Made by a program: the position numbers and the translations under genes. A DNA stretch of 64,000 bases, taken from contig JACIWX010000006.1 in the NCBI GenBank assembly GCA_014360755.1, positions 27,748 through 91,747 on the forward strand, given 5' to 3'. The notes beneath the pieces were generated by a model. It ran no database searches and had not been told where the DNA came from. It saw nothing but the letters and a program-made list of their open reading frames with translations. Source of the DNA: Chloroflexota bacterium (GTDB lineage: Bacteria > Chloroflexota > Anaerolineae > UBA2200). This document shows positions 58,466 through 64,000 of this stretch, piece after piece; position 1 is the stretch's first letter; each line of letters opens with the position of its first letter.

Positions 58466-58521
58466 CGTATTACGTATTACGTATTACGTATTACGTATTA
58501 CGTATTACGTATTACGTATTG
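58466..58521. repeat. Heptanucleotide microsatellite (CGTATTA) of 7 perfect copies plus 1 variant, in a divergent promoter region.
   Basis: cgtatta repeated from 58466 to 58514, then cgtattg. It sits 18-75 nt upstream of the nitroreductase ATG and about 130-185 nt upstream of the metY-like ATG. Confidence 0.8.
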
Positions 58522-58649
58522 CGTGTTTCGTGATATGCCTTGTGACTTCATTTTACCCAGGAATTCCGGTAGAGGGAAGGCTTTGCTTTTCTATGATATT
58601 GCGCTATACTATGGGCTAGCAATGTCAACTACTTGCCAGGAGGTAACCG

Positions 58650-59849
58650 ATGGACAAGGTCAGCTTGGCAACGCTGGCCGTGCACGCTGGTGAGCGGCTC
58701 AGTGTTCCTGATTACACGCCAATATCCACGCCGATACACCATGCTGTAACCTATATCTACGACGACATGCACACCTTGGATGCTGTTTTCGCTGGCAAAC
58801 GCCCCGGCTACGTCTATAGCCGCTTTGCCAACCCCACCGTAACCGCCTTGGAAGAAGCAGTTGCGCACATGGAAGGGACAGAATCTGCGGTGGCTTGCGC
58901 TTCAGGCATGGCAGCCGTGCATTTAGCGCTGTTGGCTGCAGGAGCGACTGCTGGCAAAGCGGTGCTCATGGCGCAGGACCTCTATGGGGGTACATACTCC
59001 CTGCTAACGCAGATATTCCCAACGCAGGGAGTGCACGTCCATAGTGTGGACATGACTGACCTCGGTGCTGTCTCCCAAGCCATTGCCGAAACGAAACCTA
59101 TTGCCCTGTTCGTAGAGACCATTTCTAATCCCCTGCTCAAAGTCGTTGACATCCCCGCCCTGGCTAAGCTAGCCCATGATGGCGGAGCCCAACTCATCGT
59201 GGACAATACCTTTGCCACTCCTTGCCTCTATCGCCCCGCATTGAACGGTGCGGATTATGTCGTGTACAGCGCAACGAAATACCTCAGTGGCCATGGTGAC
59301 GCGATGGGCGGACTCGTTGCCGCCTCTGCAGAACGATGCCAGGCAATACGTGAGAAGCGAAAACTGCTGGGGAGCATATTGGGACCCAACGAAGCCTGGC
59401 TCATCCTACGGGGCTTGAAAACCCTCGTCCTGCGCATGCGTCAACACAGCCAGAATGCCAACTTGGTTGCGCACTTCCTACAATCGCACCCCCGCATCAG
59501 CCAGGTGTTCTATCCCAGCCTACCGACCCACCCTCAGTTCGCCCTCAGCCGCCGTTTGTTCCCCTGCAACCTGTTCGGGGGCATGGTTTCCTTCCGGATC
59601 AAGGGGGCAGACCAGGAGAAGGTGTTCCGCTTCATGGATGCCCTACGGGTCATCGTTCCTGCCACCAGCCTGGGCGATGTCTACAGCCTCGTCCTCTACC
59701 CTGCCCACTCCTCGCACCGCTGGCTGAGCGATGAGGAGAAACAGCGTCAGGGCATTACCCCCGACTTGGTGCGCCTGTCCGTAGGCATCGAGGAAGCGCA
59801 AGACATCATCGCTGACCTCGCCCAAGCACTGGATGCCATCGGTGAATAG
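58650..59849 (+). CDS. Cys/Met-metabolism PLP-dependent enzyme (O-acetylhomoserine sulfhydrylase / cystathionine gamma-synthase family).
   Basis: 399 aa with the PLP-lysine motif YSATKYLSGHGD and the family's N-terminal pattern (HAGE..PISTPIHHAVTY). Confidence 0.85.
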   Translation: MDKVSLATLAVHAGERLSVPDYTPISTPIHHAVTYIYDDMHTLDAVFAGKRPGYVYSRFANPTVTALEEAVAHMEGTESAVACASGMAAVHLALLAAGATAGKAVLMAQDLYGGTYSLLTQIFPTQGVHVHSVDMTDLGAVSQAIAETKPIALFVETISNPLLKVVDIPALAKLAHDGGAQLIVDNTFATPCLYRPALNGADYVVYSATKYLSGHGDAMGGLVAASAERCQAIREKRKLLGSILGPNEAWLILRGLKTLVLRMRQHSQNANLVAHFLQSHPRISQVFYPSLPTHPQFALSRRLFPCNLFGGMVSFRIKGADQEKVFRFMDALRVIVPATSLGDVYSLVLYPAHSSHRWLSDEEKQRQGITPDLVRLSVGIEEAQDIIADLAQALDAIGE

Positions 59850-59897
59850 GAACGGCGCATGCAAGGCAACAAGCCATCTGCGAGGCGCAGGGAGAGC

Positions 59898-60704
59898 ATG
59901 GGAAAACCAGAAGAGATTCTGGTGCTGATACGAGGAGGCGGTGACCTGGGCTCAGGAGTCGCTCACCGACTCCACCGGGCGGGTTTCAAAGTGGTCATCC
60001 TGGAATTGCTGCAGCCCTTGGTCATCCGACGCACTGTCTCCTTTGCTTCTGCCGTGTACGAAGGGCACATCACAGTGGAAGGAGTGGAAGCAAGGCTGGT
60101 CCATGACAGCGCAGAGATCGAGGATCTGCTAGCCCAGGGCATTGTGCCGGTCATCGTTGACCCCGAGGGGGCAAGCATCCCCTTCCTGAAGCCAGAGGTC
60201 ATCGTAGATGCCCGCATGGCGAAGCGTAATTTGGGAACCACCATCACCGATGCGCCCATCGTCATCGGGCTAGGACCTGGCTTCACCGCCGGACAGGATG
60301 TGCACGCCGTCATCGAGACTGCGCGTGGCCATAACCTGGGCCGCGTGATCCTCCGAGGCAGCGCAGAAGCAGACACCCATATCCCCGGCTTGGTACAAGG
60401 CTACGGGCGCGAGCGGGTGCTGTGGGCACCATGCGCTGGGCTTTTCCATGGCTTGCTGCATATCGGGGAGCGGGTCGAAGCAGGGCAGGCAGTTGCCTAT
60501 GTCGCGGATCAGCCGGTATTGGCAAGCATATCCGGTGTCTTGCGCGGAATATTGCACGACAACGTCCCTGTGCGTGAGGGTCAAAAGGTTGGCGACGTAG
60601 ACCCACGGGGAGTTGCGGAGTACTGCTTTACCATCTCGGACAAGTCTCGCGCCATCGGCGGAGGCGTCCTGGAAGCCATTTTATACTTGCTTCGCAAGCG
60701 ATAA
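59898..60704 (+). CDS. YqeB-type selenium-dependent molybdenum hydroxylase accessory protein (XdhC-like Rossmann protein).
   Basis: ILVLIRGGGDLGSGVAHRLHRAGFKVVILE...ETARGHNLGRVI resembles the EF2563/YqeB family. Assignment from memory. Confidence 0.7.
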   Translation: MGKPEEILVLIRGGGDLGSGVAHRLHRAGFKVVILELLQPLVIRRTVSFASAVYEGHITVEGVEARLVHDSAEIEDLLAQGIVPVIVDPEGASIPFLKPEVIVDARMAKRNLGTTITDAPIVIGLGPGFTAGQDVHAVIETARGHNLGRVILRGSAEADTHIPGLVQGYGRERVLWAPCAGLFHGLLHIGERVEAGQAVAYVADQPVLASISGVLRGILHDNVPVREGQKVGDVDPRGVAEYCFTISDKSRAIGGGVLEAILYLLRKR

Positions 60705-60742
60705 CCTATATCCGCTAATCTTTGCGGGAAAGGGGTGTAGAA

Positions 60743-61618
60743 ATGATCTGTGAGGAATATATCCTAGCCTCCACGGTGGAGGAAGCGCTCGCCGCCTTAG
60801 CTTCCCTGCGTGGCGAAGGGCGCCTGATTGCGGGCGGCACTGACCTTATGCTACAATTACAGCGCGGTGAACGGAGCGTCCGTTGTCTAGTAGACATCAC
60901 GCGCATACCGGGCATAGATGAGATCAAATTAGAGGATTCGTATATCATCATCGGCGCTGCAACAACCTTTGCCCAAATTGAGCGTTCCTCCCTCATTCGC
61001 CAGCGCGCGCCGGTTCTGGCTGAAGCGGCATCCTGGGTGGGTTCTCCCCAGATCCGCAACGTGGGTACCTTGGCAGGCAATGTGGTCAACGCCCAACCGG
61101 CGGCTGATGGGTCCATCGCCCTGCTTACACTAGACGCAGAGGCGGAAATCGCCAACCTGACCGGCCGCCAGTGGGTGCCCGTAGCGAGTCTGTTTGTGAG
61201 CCCTGGCGTCTCCCGCGTAGATGCCAGTGCAGAGATGATCACCGCCTTCCGCTTTCGCGCTCACGGCCCACGAGAATCCTCCGCATTCGAGAGACAAGCC
61301 CGCCGCAAGGCTTTGTCCTTGCCCATCATCAACGTTGGAGTGCGTGTGCTATTGAATGCAGAAGGCACCCATGTGCGAGATGTGCGCATTTGCATTGGTC
61401 CAGTGGCGCCAGTGCCGTTCCGGGCGCAACAAGCGGAGGCTGCACTCAGAAACCGCGCTATTGACGAAGACGCCATCACCGAAGCGGTGGAAGCCGCTGT
61501 GCTGGAGAGCAAACCCCGCTCCAGCCTGCTCCGCGCGGGCAAAGAATACCGCCGAGAACTCATCCGTGTGTTGACCAGACGCGCTCTGCTCAGAGCGATA
61601 GCTGCTGCAAGGGGATAG
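60743..61618 (+). CDS. Molybdenum hydroxylase FAD-binding (medium) subunit (CoxM/XdhB-like).
   Basis: RLIAGGTDLMLQLQ... and the FAD-binding PCMH-type domain pattern, with the CO-dehydrogenase flavoprotein C-terminal region. Confidence 0.85.
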   Translation: MICEEYILASTVEEALAALASLRGEGRLIAGGTDLMLQLQRGERSVRCLVDITRIPGIDEIKLEDSYIIIGAATTFAQIERSSLIRQRAPVLAEAASWVGSPQIRNVGTLAGNVVNAQPAADGSIALLTLDAEAEIANLTGRQWVPVASLFVSPGVSRVDASAEMITAFRFRAHGPRESSAFERQARRKALSLPIINVGVRVLLNAEGTHVRDVRICIGPVAPVPFRAQQAEAALRNRAIDEDAITEAVEAAVLESKPRSSLLRAGKEYRRELIRVLTRRALLRAIAAARG

Positions 61619-61623
61619 AGACC

Positions 61624-62100
61624 ATGGCAAAAACTTACCCACTTAAGATGAATCTGAACGGCAAAGAGGTACAGGTTGAGGTATCCGCCTCCGCCACGCT
61701 GGCTGACGTTTTGCGCGAACAACTCGGCTTAATCGGCACCAAGATCGGCTGCGAGGAAGGAGAGTGCGGAGCCTGCACGGTCCTGATAGATGGGCAGGCG
61801 GTCAACTCTTGCATTTACCCAGCGATGAAAGCAGCAGGACGCCGCGTGCTCACGATAGAGGGCTTGGCAAAAAATGGAGAATTACATCCGGTGCAACGCG
61901 CCTTCATCGAGCATGGCGCTATCCAGTGCGGCTACTGCACGCCGGGCATGGTGCTCTCTGCGGTAGCCTTGCTGGGCCAGAACCCCCATCCCACCGAGGA
62001 TGAGATCCGCCGTGCCCTTGCTGGGAACCTCTGCCGCTGCACCGGCTATATCCAGATTATTGAAGCGATTCAAGACGTCGCGGGACGCAGCCAGGGATAA
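61624..62100 (+). CDS. Molybdenum hydroxylase (2Fe-2S)-binding small subunit (CoxS/XdhC-iron-sulfur type).
   Basis: Plant-type ferredoxin cluster CEEGECGACTV and a second cluster CGYCTPG...CRCTGY. Confidence 0.9.
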   Translation: MAKTYPLKMNLNGKEVQVEVSASATLADVLREQLGLIGTKIGCEEGECGACTVLIDGQAVNSCIYPAMKAAGRRVLTIEGLAKNGELHPVQRAFIEHGAIQCGYCTPGMVLSAVALLGQNPHPTEDEIRRALAGNLCRCTGYIQIIEAIQDVAGRSQG

Positions 62101-62114
62101 AAAGCCCAAAACTC

Positions 62115-63422
62115 TCAGCGGATAATTTGGCGGATCAACGGCGCGGGCTTTACCGGAGCATCGCTCCACGTGTAGGCAGCCAATAACTGTTCCCGCGCTT
62201 CAGCCAATCTGCTCTCGTCATTGGCATGGATGACAAGCAGTGGTTCGCCTTTCTCCACGCGGTCGCCTACCTTCTTCTTCAGCACAACCCCCACCGCACG
62301 GTCAATTTCTTCGCCTTTCCTCTGGCGCCCGGCGCCGAGGGCAACCGTAGCCAAACCGACCTTCATCGCATCGAGCGTGGCAACATAGCCGCTTTGCGGC
62401 GAAGGCAAGTCCTGCACCAAGCGCGCCTGCGGCATGAGTCCGGTGTTCTCCACAACGTGGTCATCGCCGCCTTGCGCACGCACCCATTCGCGGAACTTGG
62501 CGATAGCCCGCCCAGAAGCGATCGCCTCTCTCAGCAATGCCTTGCCTGCTTCTGCATGGGGACACTTTTCAGCCAGAAGGAGCATCTCTGCCGCAACAAC
62601 CAGGCAATGCTCGGTGAAATCTGCTGGGCCTCTGCCCTGCAAAGTGGCAATGGCTTCGGCAACTTCCAGCGCATTCCCTACGGCGTAGCCCAAGGGCTGC
62701 TCCATATCGGAGATGACAGCCGCCATGCGCCGCCCTGCCCCACGGCCAATCTTGACCATGGTTTCAGCCAAGGCAATCGCTTCCTGCTCTGTTTTCATGA
62801 AGGCTCCTCTGCCCGTCTTGACATCCAGCACAATGGCCGTAGCGCCAGCAGCGATTTTCTTGCTCATGACCGAACTGGCAATCAGGGGCAGGCTCTCTAC
62901 CGTTGCCGTAACATCGCGCAAGGCATACATTTTGCCATCCGCCGGCGCGAGGTCTGCGGACTGCCCTGCCACGACAATGCCGTGATCCCTCAATAGATCC
63001 ATAAACTGCTGGCGAGTCCAGTTCACATTGAACCCCGGAATGGATTCCAGTTTGTCCAGCGTGCCACCGGAGAAGCCCAAGCCACGCCCAGACATCTTGC
63101 CCACCGGCAACCCCAGGCTGGCGACCAGCGGCGCCACGACCAGCGTGGTCTTGTCCCCTACCCCACCCGTCGAGTGCTTGTCCAGGACGAGAGGAGCAAT
63201 GGCGGACAGGTCAAGCACATCTCCAGAATGAGCCATGGCCAGGGTTAGATCCACCGTCTCCCGCTCTGTCATGCCCCGCCAGACAATAGCCATCATCCAA
63301 GCCGACATCTGGTAGTCCGGGATGTCACCGCGCGTAAAGCCCCATACCATGAACTCAATCTCTTCTTTGGACAACTCAGCGCCATCGCGTTTCTTTCTTA
63401 TTATGTCAACCGCACGCATCAT
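62115..63422 (-). CDS. pdp: Pyrimidine-nucleoside (thymidine) phosphorylase.
   Basis: [17 protein letters not shown]..., [19 protein letters not shown] and the C-terminal alpha/beta domain. Confidence 0.9.
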   Translation of the reverse strand: MMRAVDIIRKKRDGAELSKEEIEFMVWGFTRGDIPDYQMSAWMMAIVWRGMTERETVDLTLAMAHSGDVLDLSAIAPLVLDKHSTGGVGDKTTLVVAPLVASLGLPVGKMSGRGLGFSGGTLDKLESIPGFNVNWTRQQFMDLLRDHGIVVAGQSADLAPADGKMYALRDVTATVESLPLIASSVMSKKIAAGATAIVLDVKTGRGAFMKTEQEAIALAETMVKIGRGAGRRMAAVISDMEQPLGYAVGNALEVAEAIATLQGRGPADFTEHCLVVAAEMLLLAEKCPHAEAGKALLREAIASGRAIAKFREWVRAQGGDDHVVENTGLMPQARLVQDLPSPQSGYVATLDAMKVGLATVALGAGRQRKGEEIDRAVGVVLKKKVGDRVEKGEPLLVIHANDESRLAEAREQLLAAYTWSDAPVKPAPLIRQIIR

Positions 63423-63690
63423 TGGGTTTGCTCCTTTCGCACTGTAAACGTTTCTAACATAATCATAACACATCAGAGCGAAAACGCAAACCTCCGGATG
63501 GTTTCACCACAGAACGCACAGAGGACACAGAGGGGCCAGTTTTTGGAGAGAGTTGCACCCAAGGCCGAGCACTGTCAACGGATGCAGGGAGCGGATGACA
63601 CGGATTTACCTTTGAGGTAGCATCCCTCACGAGTGCCTGCCCATCCGTTCAATCCGATCCAGAAATCCGCTGACAGGCGCACTCCAACAA

Positions 63691-63870
63691 AGAGTGATTC
63701 AAGGGTTAACGCCCTTCCTCTCAAAAAGAGTTTGTAGTGAGCGCTTCAGCGCTCATCACTAATAGAGAATGATTCAGGGGTTAACGTCCTTCCTCTCAAA
63801 AAGAGTTTGTAGTGAGCGCTTTAGCGCTCATGACTAACAGAGAGTAATTCAGGGGTTAACATCCTTCCTC
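63691..63870. repeat. 73-bp tandem repeat of about 2.4 units, each carrying two hairpins.
   Basis: Units start near 63691, 63764 and 63838 (partial). Each contains AGGGGTTAACGYCCTTCCTCT and the hairpin GTGAGCGCT-tyA-GCGCTCAT. The last partial unit overlaps the stop codon of the partial minus-strand gene at the right edge. Confidence 0.7.
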
Positions 63871-64000
63871 TTCCAGCAAGGCTTTGGCACGGGCAATTTG
63901 GAGGCGTACAGCGGCCGGCGCAGTGCCGCCGAGGACATTGCGCCGCTCCACGGCGCGATGGTAGTCAAAGACAGCGTAGAGGTCTTCCGCAAAAGCAGGA
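63856..64000 (-). CDS. C-terminal end of an unidentified gene. The 5' part lies beyond the window.
   Basis: The reverse strand reads ...PAFAEDLYAVFDYHRAVERRNVLGGTAPAAVRLQIARAKALLEEEGC* with a TAA at 63856-63858. It is stop-free to the window end. No family recognised. Confidence 0.35.
   Translation of the reverse strand, partial: PAFAEDLYAVFDYHRAVERRNVLGGTAPAAVRLQIARAKALLEEEGC

Noticed and set aside
58466-58521. Heptamer tract as an assembly artefact.
   Set aside because: The flanks are unique and the tract ends in a degenerate unit (cgtattg, then cgtgttt), as expected for a biological microsatellite. This cannot be fully excluded without reads.
63691-63870. Possible CRISPR array.
   Set aside because: The repeated units are similar over their whole 73-bp length, so there are no unique spacers between conserved repeats. 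No cas genes are present in the window.

Overview
This is a high-GC bacterial chromosomal segment. Bacterial hallmarks are IF-1, SmpB with an adjacent tmRNA, UvrA, HflX, TrmFO and PTS enzyme I. I call about 55 protein-coding genes, with little obvious mobile DNA but many small structured intergenic repeats. There are no CRISPR arrays, rRNA genes or tRNA genes.

Reading left to right:
- A partial secreted M23-like peptidase.
- A small toxin-antitoxin-like island: a DUF4258/DUF2283 pair plus a truncated UPF0175-like ORF.
- A glycosylation-type island: a GT39 membrane mannosyltransferase-like protein with an internal 10-aa tandem repeat, a class V aminotransferase flanked by two copies of a conserved about 50-nt motif, an FlgD-Ig lipoprotein and two GT2 enzymes.
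- A tightly overlapped four-gene operon: a degenerate UvrD-like helicase, a bona fide UvrD-like helicase, a free-standing Cas4/AddB-type Fe-S PD-(D/E)XK nuclease and RecJ, followed by a ROK glucokinase. This looks like a split, AddAB-like helicase-nuclease machine, and it is my best candidate for an undescribed system.
- A Clp-fold serine protease gene that abuts, at a 1-nt TAATG junction, a gene for a Cys-rich protein of unknown function, then a DedA-like membrane protein, infA, and a DeoR-controlled 2-oxo acid dehydrogenase complex with a fused E1 alpha/beta, E2 and E3.
- trmFO, an M28 peptidase, a class I aminotransferase and hflX.
- A 13-kb minus-strand sugar/polyol catabolic locus: a GntR regulator with a palindromic operator, a creatininase-family protein, a Zn-dependent alcohol dehydrogenase, a ribose-type ABC transporter, a split transketolase, a xylose-isomerase-like isomerase, an archaeal-type (type II) GAPDH, an archaeal-type PGK and an isopropylmalate/tartrate dehydrogenase-family enzyme.
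- An orphan ptsI, a roughly 1-kb AT-rich patch with a stop-interrupted pseudogene, then ctpA, smpB and ssrA (tmRNA).
- A sphingosine-1-phosphate-lyase-like PLP decarboxylase next to a GPH-family MFS transporter, then mtnP, uvrA, a nitroreductase and a metY-like gene.
- A YqeB-type accessory gene plus the FAD and 2Fe-2S subunits of a molybdenum hydroxylase with no catalytic large subunit nearby, and pdp.

Non-coding highlights are two heptanucleotide microsatellites (58466-58521 and 19781-19806), a 73-bp tandem repeat at the right edge (63691-63870), a recurring GTGAGCGC..GCGCTCAC hairpin family, a MITE-like nested inverted repeat (4465-4596) and a strong GntR-type palindromic operator.

All functional calls come from motif and architecture recognition by eye; no database searches were run.
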